Both the position numbers and the translations under genes were made by a program. Shown one piece after another: positions 36,842 to 45,533 of a DNA stretch of 55,866 bases; positions within the stretch are counted from its first letter, which is position 1, and each line of letters starts with the position of its first letter. The notes beneath the pieces were generated by a model. It was not told the DNA's origin, searched no databases, and saw nothing but the letters and a program-made list of their open reading frames with translations. Location: IMG/VR virus record IMGVR_UViG_3300033417_000010, positions 1-55,866 of that record; one strand, 5' to 3'. This stretch comes from a virus. Taxonomy: Duplodnaviria; Caudoviricetes.

Positions 36842-37673
36842 TGTGCCGTTCCTTGAGCAGAATGCTGATCGTCGTTCGCAGATTGCGGATGTCGCCCCAG
36901 GGATAACGCAGCGGTCCGTTCGGGCCCGTCTCACCGGTCTGTAGCAGTTGGTTGAAGGCGATCGCGAGGATCTGGCGCTGCTCTTCTGCCGGTGCGGTTT
37001 CGCCAGTCGGGGCGCGGAAGTACGTGATAGGATCGTCGAGCATGCAGACGACGGAATGGACGTAACTCGCCTGCCGTGGCCCGTCGTCGGGGAACCGCGC
37101 CATGTAGTAGGCCCGCAGCGGCTTGCGGCAGCCGTGCAGGATCTCCGAATGCTGCTCGAGTGCCGCGTCTCCGCTCAGCTCCGAAAGGGGGACTACAGGG
37201 GGTTCCTCCCTACCTACCTCACTACCATCCGTTAACGGCTCAAAATCCGCGCGTGAGTGCGGCGGCCCCGCGTGAGGCGGCTTTAACCCGGCAATTTTGG
37301 CCGGGTTATCGCTTAACCCGGCTCCAGTGGCAGGGTTATAATTCACATCACCGGCACTTAACCCGGCCGTGGGTGCCGGGTTATAATCCGGATCAGCGTC
37401 ACTTAACCCGGCCGATACTGCCGGGTTATATGAGTAGAAATCATGCTTGCCGCGGCCGCCCCGCCGCCGGCTCAGGTACCCGAACTCGACGCAGAGTGCG
37501 ACCTCCGAGCGGACCTTCTTCTCGCCGGGGTGGTTGAGCAGCGCGGCGAATCGTGACGTAGCGATCTCGTGTTCGCCATGGCCTCGCAGAGCCACGTCGA
37601 GTACCACCCGGACCGCTCCAGGTGTCAACCGCGTATCGCTCACGATCTCCATCAGCTCCTGCTTCCGCAGCAT
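36711..37673 (-). CDS. Replication initiator (O-like) containing the origin
   Basis: N-terminal HTH-like region, internal iteron repeats, upstream of the DnaC-like gene. Confidence 0.7.
   Translation of the reverse strand: MLRKQELMEIVSDTRLTPGAVRVVLDVALRGHGEHEIATSRFAALLNHPGEKKVRSEVALCVEFGYLSRRRGGRGKHDFYSYNPAVSAGLSDADPDYNPAPTAGLSAGDVNYNPATGAGLSDNPAKIAGLKPPHAGPPHSRADFEPLTDGSEVGREEPPVVPLSELSGDAALEQHSEILHGCRKPLRAYYMARFPDDGPRQASYVHSVVCMLDDPITYFRAPTGETAPAEEQRQILAIAFNQLLQTGETGPNGPLRYPWGDIRNLRTTISILLKERHNGPSNGRTAGGSAPSPRGAPAAAGIAGAGSQDHRRRRKHGSAG
37283..37430. repeat. Four palindromic iterons TTAACCCGGC-N7-GC(C/A)GGGTTAT (replication origin)
   Basis: Four copies read directly from the sequence, inside the initiator gene. 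Confidence 0.8.
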
Positions 37674-37728
37674 TGCCCTTCCATGGACCGTCGTCGTCCC
37701 TTCCGCCCCTGCGTGAGCTGTGTTTCCT

Positions 37729-39474
37729 TCACTCCTGAAACAGCAGATCCGCCGCTCGGATCATGGCGCCGTCGACCTCGATGATCTTCCGCGCCTTCAG
37801 CCGTTGGATGTACGTGTCCCTGCTGGATCGCTTGTAGCCGGTGATCTCGCTCAGGTAATCGCGCGCGAGCGGGTCTGGATGGTGGTCGATGAGCGCGCGC
37901 AGGATCAACGCTTCGCCCGTCGGCAGCCGGTCGAGCCAGAACGCCTGCAGGTCCTCGCCTGTCGGTAGCGGCTCGAAGTCGCCGAGCCACGCTTCCGCGC
38001 CGGCCGCCGCGACAACCATCGATCCCTGGATCTCGATCAGCCCGCGGCCCCGGAGTCGCTGGATATACGTATCGCGGCTCGAGCGCTTGTAGCCGGTGAG
38101 GATCGAGATCTGCTGTCGATCGACGCCGTCGGGGTACTGACACACGGCGGTCAGGATCGTGGCTTCGCCCTTCGGCAGCTCCTCGCTCGTCGGCTCGCGT
38201 TGCACGGACGGTGTTGCGCGGGTGTTGCGCGCAACAGGCTTCGTCCGGACAGCTCGCGAGGATGCCGGAGGATTCCGGACGTCACCGGCATCTGCCGGCG
38301 GCCGCGCGTCCTCACCCACCGGAGGGTGATCCCCATTCCGCAGCACGTCGACGAGCAGACGGACGATCTCGCGGCCCTGATCGATCCTGGCAGTCAGCGC
38401 ACCGGTGTATTCCTCGAGGCGCTGGATGCGCGCGCTCTTCCGGTCGAGCGTCGCCTCGAGCTGGGCGATTGACGATCTCAACTCGGAATCGTCAATTGCC
38501 GGAGCCGCCCGCGTTGCCAGCCGCCGCTCGAGCTCGGCGACCCGCTTCTTCAGCGCCTTCGGGTCCTCGTCCTGCGCTCGCTCGATCGTCGCCTGCATGC
38601 GATCGCGCAGCGCTCCGAGATCGATGTCGGCGAGCGTGGCCGGCGCGCGGCGTGCGGCCAGCGTCGGGGTGGCGCCGGAATCGTACGTCGACCGGCGGCG
38701 GAACTGGATCCGCTTCACCAGGTTCAGCCATGCCGACCAGACCCAGGCCTCACCATCCCGCAGCTCGGTGAGCGAGTCGAGCAACTCCTTCGCCTGGCCG
38801 TGTGTCGATACCCACTCCCCGATCGCCTTGCGGTCCTGCGGCGACGTGGTGCGCAGCACGATCAGGGTCTCGATCTGTGTCAGGAGATCCTTATTCAGCA
38901 CGGCCGAGCGCTGCGTGATCATGGTCGCGCCCAGGCCCCGGGCCCGGCCCTGCTTCACGATCCGCTGGAACGCACCCAGGCACTTCGCGACGTCACGGCC
39001 GGCGCGCTGTGGCGCGTAGTCGTCGGCCTCCTCGAGGAACAGATGCAGCGGCGCGTCCTTCCCCGGCCGGCCCTTCTGGCGGAACAATCGGTCCGCGAAC
39101 GCCGCCAGGAACTGACGCTTCGCCGCCTCGGACTCGAGAGCCGAGACGTCGAGCACGCAGGATAGTGTCTCGTCGATGATCAGGTCCGCGACGAGTTCCG
39201 CGCTGCCGCGCTCGAGTGGTACGTCGCCGTGGTGGCCACCGAGAATCGGGATCGGCAGGCCCTGCTTCTTGCCATCGACGGACGAGCGCAGGCCCCACCA
39301 CGATCCGACCGGATCGACCACCACGAACGGGACGCCGGCGGCATGCATCTCCTCGGCCATGACGGCGGCCGCTCCGGTCTTTCCGGCGCCGCGTTTCGCC
39401 AGGATCGCGAAGGTCTGCGTGGCCACCTGGGCGGCGGGGATCGAGAACCCGGGAGCGAGATGGAGTTCGCTCAC
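37729..39474 (-). CDS. HerA/FtsK-like ATPase with coiled coil and two C-terminal wHTH repeats
   Basis: AKRGAGKT, VDPVG, EEADDYAPQ, GRARGLG..ITQR motifs; duplicated TGYKRSSRDTYIQRL. Confidence 0.8.
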   Translation of the reverse strand: MSELHLAPGFSIPAAQVATQTFAILAKRGAGKTGAAAVMAEEMHAAGVPFVVVDPVGSWWGLRSSVDGKKQGLPIPILGGHHGDVPLERGSAELVADLIIDETLSCVLDVSALESEAAKRQFLAAFADRLFRQKGRPGKDAPLHLFLEEADDYAPQRAGRDVAKCLGAFQRIVKQGRARGLGATMITQRSAVLNKDLLTQIETLIVLRTTSPQDRKAIGEWVSTHGQAKELLDSLTELRDGEAWVWSAWLNLVKRIQFRRRSTYDSGATPTLAARRAPATLADIDLGALRDRMQATIERAQDEDPKALKKRVAELERRLATRAAPAIDDSELRSSIAQLEATLDRKSARIQRLEEYTGALTARIDQGREIVRLLVDVLRNGDHPPVGEDARPPADAGDVRNPPASSRAVRTKPVARNTRATPSVQREPTSEELPKGEATILTAVCQYPDGVDRQQISILTGYKRSSRDTYIQRLRGRGLIEIQGSMVVAAAGAEAWLGDFEPLPTGEDLQAFWLDRLPTGEALILRALIDHHPDPLARDYLSEITGYKRSSRDTYIQRLKARKIIEVDGAMIRAADLLFQE

Positions 39475-40133
39475 GCGGCACCTCGAACCGGCAGAGGCGT
39501 GCGCCGGTCGGCGTCTTTGCACGCAGCGCACATCTTCGCCCGCCCACGAACGACCGTGCCGCAGCCATGCAGGCAGATCCGCTCTCCTCGAGCGTTCCGC
39601 GGCTCACGCTGCGGCTGGTGCTCGCCCGCCGCGACGGCCTGCCGCCAGCGCTTGACCGAGGGCGGTGTTCCGCCTCCCCTGCGAAGCGCCGAACGCCGCT
39701 TCTGAGCGCGCACCTTGTCGCGGTTCCGCTTCCGCCATGCGCGCTTGTATTCCGCCCGTTCCGCGCGTTCACGCTGCGCGGCCGCGCGCGCTTTCCGGCG
39801 CACCTTCTCCTTGTGGCGCTCGTAGTACGCCCGCTGGTGCTTGTTGCCGACCTTCGCCCTGTGTCGAGCCTGGGCCTCCCCGTACGCCTCGCGACGGTGC
39901 TCGGCGCAGTAGAGCGCAACCTTCGGCCGGCCGACTGTCGGCTGATCGCACCGCTGGCAGATGCACGCACGCCGACGCTCGGCGTCTACCTGGGCTGTCC
40001 ACCTTCGCTTCGGCCGGAACGGGCAGCGGCACAGTACCTTGACGCTCACCAGCTCGCCGCCACGCGCAACATCGAACCGCTCGAGCTGCTTGCCGCATTG
40101 CCGGCAGCGCTTCAGTCCGCTCCGGGCGCTCAC
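39471..40133 (-). CDS. Cys-rich, basic hypothetical protein
   Basis: Several CxxC pairs; Arg-rich helix. Confidence 0.55.
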   Translation of the reverse strand: MSARSGLKRCRQCGKQLERFDVARGGELVSVKVLCRCPFRPKRRWTAQVDAERRRACICQRCDQPTVGRPKVALYCAEHRREAYGEAQARHRAKVGNKHQRAYYERHKEKVRRKARAAAQRERAERAEYKRAWRKRNRDKVRAQKRRSALRRGGGTPPSVKRWRQAVAAGEHQPQREPRNARGERICLHGCGTVVRGRAKMCAACKDADRRTPLPVRGAA

Positions 40134-40270
40134 GACACACCTCCGGCCGATGCCTGAGCGTGCCCGTCATCGTGCCTGCAACTGTGCCGGTTGAGCCGCC
40201 GGAAGACGCCCCGAGGTATCCGATTGCGTCGGCGCGCGCCGGGATGTAACCTCGAAGGACCGGCGCCCCG

Positions 40271-40316
40271 GTGGACTTTGGCTCCTCCAATGCTGGTTCG
40301 AATCCAGCCCCGGGAA
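40271..40316 (+). tRNA. 3' half of tRNA-Gln(TTG), putative attP core
   Basis: Anticodon loop CTTTGGC, T-arm GCTGG-TTCGAAT-CCAGC, acceptor 3' strand CCCGGGA. No matching 5' half upstream. Confidence 0.7.
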
Positions 40317-40391
40317 TGCACTGCGCAGTAATGAGTTACACGATTTCGGCTGCCGGTGCTTTCGGCCGATTGTGCCTGTTCGTGTGTCGGT

Positions 40392-40574
40392 TCAGCCCGT
40401 GCGAAGAGCGTCCAGCCGGGCCGCGAGCACGCGTTTCGGCTCGTCGTCGTCCTGTTCGTACGTGTGGGCCAGGGTCTCCCGCCGGGTACCGCTCTGCTTC
40501 TCAGCGGCGCGCACGTCGTCGACGACGGTCGCCCAACGACGCTTGATCGCATGGAACGCCCGACCGGGCTGCCA
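40392..40574 (-). pseudogene. Tyrosine integrase C-terminal fragment
   Basis: AFHAIKRRWAT (box II H-x-x-R-like) ... SG ... TY pattern; lies next to the tRNA half; no N-terminus or good start. Confidence 0.6.
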
Positions 40575-40624
40575 GCTCCACAAAAAAGATCGCACACCGT
40601 GACGTCGGACGCCTTACGTGGCAT
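40571..40624 (-). pseudogene. N-terminal fragment of a C5 cytosine methyltransferase
   Basis: MPRKASDVTVCDLFCGAG matches motif I (DLFxGxG); the frame then degenerates. Confidence 0.6.
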
Positions 40625-40841
40625 TCGCCATCTCCCGGATCTCGACCGCCATCGCGTCGACCTCGGCCTGCAGGTCGATCGGCTCGTGCCGGACTTGCTC
40701 GCGCGTCCACTCTCGGCGGGCCGCGTGCTTGCCATCGGGCGACACGAGCATGCATGCGACGGGATAGACCCGCCGGCCACCATAGACCGACAGGTGCAGC
40801 GAGTAGCCGGCCGGGACGGTCAGGTGGGCAAGGTCGATCAT
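40614..40841 (-). CDS. Hypothetical protein (75 aa)
   Basis: GAGGT RBS; coupled start. Confidence 0.6.
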   Translation of the reverse strand: MIDLAHLTVPAGYSLHLSVYGGRRVYPVACMLVSPDGKHAARREWTREQVRHEPIDLQAEVDAMAVEIREMANAT

Positions 40842-41068
40842 GCGGCCACCTCACTCGTCTTACCGAGGACCTGCTCGGCAATGAGTAGGTGCTCGAATAC
40901 GTAGCCATTCGTGTGTGCACGGGGGTGACCAGGAACCCGAACCGTGACGTAGGCTCTGCTTCTGCTTCGCCCCCCGCGCCACTTCGGATGAGTCACCCCC
41001 CGACTGTTGTGTCCACGTACGTACCTCTGAGCGACCCTCTGTCCGCAGCCGCACGCGCATGACGCCAT
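40838..41068 (-). pseudogene. Truncated HNH endonuclease-like ORF
   Basis: CACGCG..GH..HPKWRGG..GHP.A..GYVFEH.L.AE..LG, ending before the catalytic HH..N..N core. Confidence 0.6.
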
Positions 41069-41195
41069 CAGGCCTCCTGGGATTCCACCATCATTCCACC
41101 ATGATTCCGCGCGGAATGACACGGCGGGCCGCCCGGCACGAACACACGCGGCCCGTCCGCGTCGACGACGATCACGATGACCCGGCCGAACTCGA

Positions 41196-43685
41196 TCAAA
41201 GGATGCCCTCCTCGACCATGGATTCGACTTCCTCCGCCTGGCGGCGGAAAGCCTCCTCTTGTTCAGCATCGATCTCGGAGCGGGATCGCCGACGCGTCCC
41301 GATTGTGCTCCGCCCCTCGGCCTCGTCGTAGAAGACCTCGATTGCGTGGTCTACTGCCTCGCGCGTCTCTTCGACATGCGAGACCAGCAGGACCTGAGAG
41401 AACACCCCACGCAGCCGGCGGATCAGGCCGAGCACGTTGCCGCGCCGAGTCGCATCGAGAGAGCCAAACGGTTCGTCGAGAATCAAAAGCGAAAGCGGAT
41501 GCCCGGCACGCTCCGCGATCATCTGACTCACCGCCAACCGCAGCGCGATCGCCGCCACGTCCTCAGTGCCGCCAGACACGACTTCGACCGGCACACCGCT
41601 CTCGTGCAGCGTGACGCTGAAGTCCTCGCCGATCGTGACCGCCTCGTGCCGACCGTCGGTGAGCAGCGCGACGAACCCGGACGTCAACTCCTCGAGCTCT
41701 GGACGAATCTGTCCGGCAGCCCACACCCGGAGCGCGTTCAGTCCGTCGGCGGACGCTGTGTGTGTCGCGAGCTGGGCCTGCAGGTCAGTGAGTCGACCCG
41801 CGCGCGCGTCGTAGCGCTCGAGCGCTTCGGTGGCCGTCTCGAGCTGGCCACGCGCTGCGCGGAGCGCCTGCTCGGTGCGGATCAGGTCCTCGCGGGCTGT
41901 CTCCCACGCGGACCGTGCGGCAAGAGCGGCCTGCGACCGCTCCGCGTGCTGCGCCGGGTCGAACTGCAGCCGACTGAGATCCGACCGCGCATTGGCGGCC
42001 TTCGCCTGGGCCGCGCGCAGGCGCTCCTGCCATGCTTCGATCTGCTCGGACAGCACGGTGACCCGGCCGGCCAGGTTGCGGGCGCCGGCGAGCGACCGGT
42101 CCAGTTCCTCGAGCGCGGAGATCTCCGCGACCACGGTGGCCAGCTGGCCGTCCGGTGCGGCCGCGGGGATCGCCTCGATGTCGGTTGCTACCAGTGCGGC
42201 CGACCGCTCGAGGTCCAACCGCTCGCCGCGGTACGATTCGCGGTCGCGCGCTGCGTGGTCGGCCGCCAGCTTCCGACGCTGCGCGTCTTCGCCGCGTTCC
42301 GTCAGGTCGCTGACGGCCGCTTCGAGCATCGATTCTTCGTCGCTCGGCTCCTGCAGCTCCGCCATCGCCGCGTGCGTCCGTGTCATCTCGGCCGCCGCGT
42401 CGTCGTGATCCTGCTGCACTGTCGCGAGTACGCTCTCGTACTGGTCGCCGAGCGCACGGGTGCAGGTCGGGCAGGCTCCCTCCACGCCGGCGGCGGTGAT
42501 CGCGTCCCGCTGACGCTGAGTGGTGGCCAGACGCTGGCGCGCCGCCTTGTGCTGCGCCTGCAGCTCCGCATGCTCCTGGATCCGGGCGGTGCGCGTCTGC
42601 TCGAGCTTCGCGGCCGCGTCGCGGAAGGACGTCTTCAGCCGGTCCCATGCACCCGCATCGTGCGCGGCAATGGTCCGGTCCGCCGCGGCGATCTGGCCGT
42701 CCAGCTTCGCACACTGCCCCGCGATCTCATCGAGGCGTTTTGCCAGCGATGCACGCGACGCAGCGCGGGCCTCGGCGACGCGGAGCTCCTCACGCTCAGC
42801 TCGCCACGTGGGCAGCTGACTGAGCCGACCCTCCGCCGCGTCGATCGTGGCCCGGGCCGCGCGCGCTTCCTGGATGCCACGTTCCAGCTTCTCGATCGAG
42901 CCCTCGGCTTCGTCGACGAGGCGGCCCGATTCCTCGAGACGGCCGGTCAGCTCGGCATGCCGCTGGCGCCGAACGTCCGACAGCCGCAGCGACTCTGCAG
43001 CCGAATGGTGCGCCGCCTCGGCTTCCTTCGCTGCTCGCGCGACCGCCGGCATCTCTTCGATCTCTACCCGGTCGACCGCCTCGATCGCCTGAATGTGCTG
43101 GGCCTGTAGCGGCGCTCGATCACCGAGACCGGCCCGCACCCCTTCGACCTCGGTCGCGATCGTGTTCTTCCGCTCGCGGCACGCCTTCAGTGCCTCGTCG
43201 ATTCTGCTGACGCCGAGAACCTCGCGCATGAACTGCTGGCGCGCGGTAGGGCCGAGCGAAGCGAGCCGGGCGAGATCTCTCTGAGATGCGTAGTGCGTCG
43301 CGGCGAACTCGGCGTAGCTCATTCCGAGAATTCGCGGGATCTCCACGTCTACCACCGTCATGCCGGCCGCGATTGGAATGTCCGTTGCACAGTCGAACAG
43401 CGTGGCGTCTCGTTCGGTCCGAACGACCCGATACACTTTGCCTCCGACTTCGAAGACAACAGTCGCCTCCGCTTGCCGGCGCCCGGCCGCGCGGTTCCAG
43501 CGCAGGCCGCCCTTCGACCCGCGAATCGCCACGGTGCCGAACAGGCACCACATCAGGCATTCGATGAGCGACGACTTGCCGTGGCCGTTTTGGCCGATTA
43601 TGCCCGTAATGCCGGTGGCCGGGAAAGTGACTTGCGCTTCCTCGAAGACGCGGAAATTGGCCAGTTCGAGCGAGTGGATAATCAT
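41196..43685 (-). CDS. sbcC: SbcC/Rad50-like SMC ATPase
   Basis: GQNGHGKSS Walker A, CPTC zinc hook, SGG signature, LDEPFGSLD, VSH motifs. Confidence 0.92.
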   Translation of the reverse strand: MIIHSLELANFRVFEEAQVTFPATGITGIIGQNGHGKSSLIECLMWCLFGTVAIRGSKGGLRWNRAAGRRQAEATVVFEVGGKVYRVVRTERDATLFDCATDIPIAAGMTVVDVEIPRILGMSYAEFAATHYASQRDLARLASLGPTARQQFMREVLGVSRIDEALKACRERKNTIATEVEGVRAGLGDRAPLQAQHIQAIEAVDRVEIEEMPAVARAAKEAEAAHHSAAESLRLSDVRRQRHAELTGRLEESGRLVDEAEGSIEKLERGIQEARAARATIDAAEGRLSQLPTWRAEREELRVAEARAASRASLAKRLDEIAGQCAKLDGQIAAADRTIAAHDAGAWDRLKTSFRDAAAKLEQTRTARIQEHAELQAQHKAARQRLATTQRQRDAITAAGVEGACPTCTRALGDQYESVLATVQQDHDDAAAEMTRTHAAMAELQEPSDEESMLEAAVSDLTERGEDAQRRKLAADHAARDRESYRGERLDLERSAALVATDIEAIPAAAPDGQLATVVAEISALEELDRSLAGARNLAGRVTVLSEQIEAWQERLRAAQAKAANARSDLSRLQFDPAQHAERSQAALAARSAWETAREDLIRTEQALRAARGQLETATEALERYDARAGRLTDLQAQLATHTASADGLNALRVWAAGQIRPELEELTSGFVALLTDGRHEAVTIGEDFSVTLHESGVPVEVVSGGTEDVAAIALRLAVSQMIAERAGHPLSLLILDEPFGSLDATRRGNVLGLIRRLRGVFSQVLLVSHVEETREAVDHAIEVFYDEAEGRSTIGTRRRSRSEIDAEQEEAFRRQAEEVESMVEEGIL

Positions 43686-44395
43686 GCGCTCGCCTCCGGC
43701 AGGACCAGCACTTCCTGCGAGCAACGTCGGGCAGCAATCTCGGCGTCAGCTTCATTCATCGTTATCCCGACTGCCGGAATGCCCAGACGACGCGCGGCCA
43801 GCAGGGTGGGTCCGCTACCGACGAACGGGTCGACGACACGCCGCTTCGACCCTGTCCACTGAAGCAGTTGCAAGCATAGGTCGACGGGTTTTTCGGATGC
43901 CCCAAACTCGTGATTTCCGTAGAACCAGCGGTGGCGAATGACGGTCGACACGTTGCGCGGTATGTGTGCGCTCTTGAATCGGGGGCCGCGACAGAACGCT
44001 ATCATCTCGTACGCATTCCGGAACGGCGACCCCAGACCGATAAGCTCCCGGTCCCACACGAGTGCCTGCGTTGCATCCCACCCCCGACCGCCAAGGCGGC
44101 TGCCCGGAGTGCGGAAAGCTGCGCGAACTAATCCCACTGTGCGCCAGTCGCAGAAAACGAAACCGGCGCCATCGGGAACGGTCGCGCGCTCCAACTCTGC
44201 GGCGACGTGACGTACCCAGAACGCGAAGAACTGATCGTCTTCTTGGCTGTTCCTCCCATTGCTCGAACCGCCTGCGGATGTGTAGGGCGGATCCGCGACG
44301 AACCCGTCGAACGCGCCGTCCGCGAACGACGGCATGATCTCAAGCATGTCGCCGACGTAGATAGTTACGCCGCCCTCGTGATAGTAGGGCGTCAC
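43682..44395 (-). CDS. DNA amino-methyltransferase (N6A/N4C, beta class)
   Basis: DPPY, EKP and VVDPFVGSG motifs. Confidence 0.9.
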   Translation of the reverse strand: MTPYYHEGGVTIYVGDMLEIMPSFADGAFDGFVADPPYTSAGGSSNGRNSQEDDQFFAFWVRHVAAELERATVPDGAGFVFCDWRTVGLVRAAFRTPGSRLGGRGWDATQALVWDRELIGLGSPFRNAYEMIAFCRGPRFKSAHIPRNVSTVIRHRWFYGNHEFGASEKPVDLCLQLLQWTGSKRRVVDPFVGSGPTLLAARRLGIPAVGITMNEADAEIAARRCSQEVLVLPEASA

Positions 44396-45531
44396 GCGGC
44401 CTCCCGCGTTTCCAGATACGAGAGACAGCACGTCCGCACGTCTTCCGGATAGTCGGCGAGGAACTGCCGCGCCTGGTCGATCAGCGGCGTGGCATGCAGC
44501 CGGCGGTCGACGATGTCGATGTTGTCGGCGGACGCCAGTCGCAAAGTCAATTCGAAGTGAAGCGCCCGATGCTTCAGCTCGCGAACGAGCGACCAGTCGA
44601 TCCGGTCGCGGTCCTGGCGCGGGAAGTTTTCCGCCACGAGCCGCACGATGGCGTCCTCGGTCTCGCTCGACTCGATGAGTCCCTGCACGGCCGCGTTGAC
44701 TTCGGCGTGACCGGCCAGCTGCGTCGCATCCAGATAGGCGGGGATGCATTGCCGCGGCGTGACGTCGAGCACGCGGCGCGTCGGGATCTCGACGAACCGG
44801 TGCGCGCCGTCCTCGTACACAACCAGTCCACGCGGCTCCGGCTCGTGCCAGATATCCGAGGATGTTCTTTCGATCGATCCTGGATAGACGACGCACCGGC
44901 CGGGCGCGAGCTCTGTGTACGTGTGCCAGTCGCCGAGCGCGATCAAGTCCCAACGGTCCGCCTCACGGCCTACGTCGACGGCTGCGGCGCCCTGGTAGAA
45001 CGACGGCAGCACGCCAGGCGCCGCGCTCGACTTCACGGCGGCATGCATGAGGACAATGTTGAAATCAGCGTCGGGGTCCGGTTCGAGCGCGTACGTCTCT
45101 TCGGTGGCCAGCGCGAGGAACGGGAAGCACGCGATCGCGGCGAGCGATCCGTCGCGCAGCCGGATCCGGATTCGCTTCGGCGTCGCCGCCAGGTGGACAC
45201 GCGGCTCGCCCTGCACAACGACGACGGGAGACAGGGTTTGGGTCGACCGGCCAGCTTCGTGATTGCCGAGCACGATGACCACTTCGGCCGGTGTCTCGCG
45301 GACGATCCGCCGGACGCACTGCTGCCAGCATCGGATTGCGTGCATCGACGGCCGCACACTGTCGAACGTGTCACCGCCGATCAGTACGAGATCCGGCTGT
45401 ACGTCGACGATGACATCCACCGCCCGCGCGGCCGCCGCCTCGATGTCCATCTGGCGGCGGTTCCTGCCGCCCTCGGTGGCAGCGAACTGGTCCTTCGAAA
45501 GGTGCCAGTCGCTCGTGATGATGGCCTTCAT
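44392..45531 (-). CDS. sbcD: SbcD/Mre11-like nuclease
   Basis: SDWH, GGD.FD, GNHE, LGDWH, YPGSIE motifs. Confidence 0.9.
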   Translation of the reverse strand: MKAIITSDWHLSKDQFAATEGGRNRRQMDIEAAAARAVDVIVDVQPDLVLIGGDTFDSVRPSMHAIRCWQQCVRRIVRETPAEVVIVLGNHEAGRSTQTLSPVVVVQGEPRVHLAATPKRIRIRLRDGSLAAIACFPFLALATEETYALEPDPDADFNIVLMHAAVKSSAAPGVLPSFYQGAAAVDVGREADRWDLIALGDWHTYTELAPGRCVVYPGSIERTSSDIWHEPEPRGLVVYEDGAHRFVEIPTRRVLDVTPRQCIPAYLDATQLAGHAEVNAAVQGLIESSETEDAIVRLVAENFPRQDRDRIDWSLVRELKHRALHFELTLRLASADNIDIVDRRLHATPLIDQARQFLADYPEDVRTCCLSYLETREAA

Positions 45532-45533
45532 CG

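Noticed and set aside
37283-37430. Mini-CRISPR or ncRNA array
   Set aside because: Variable-core dyads inside the initiator ORF fit iterons better.
40240-40320. Complete functional tRNA gene
   Set aside because: No 5' acceptor strand or D-arm matching CCCGGGA; only the 3' half is present.
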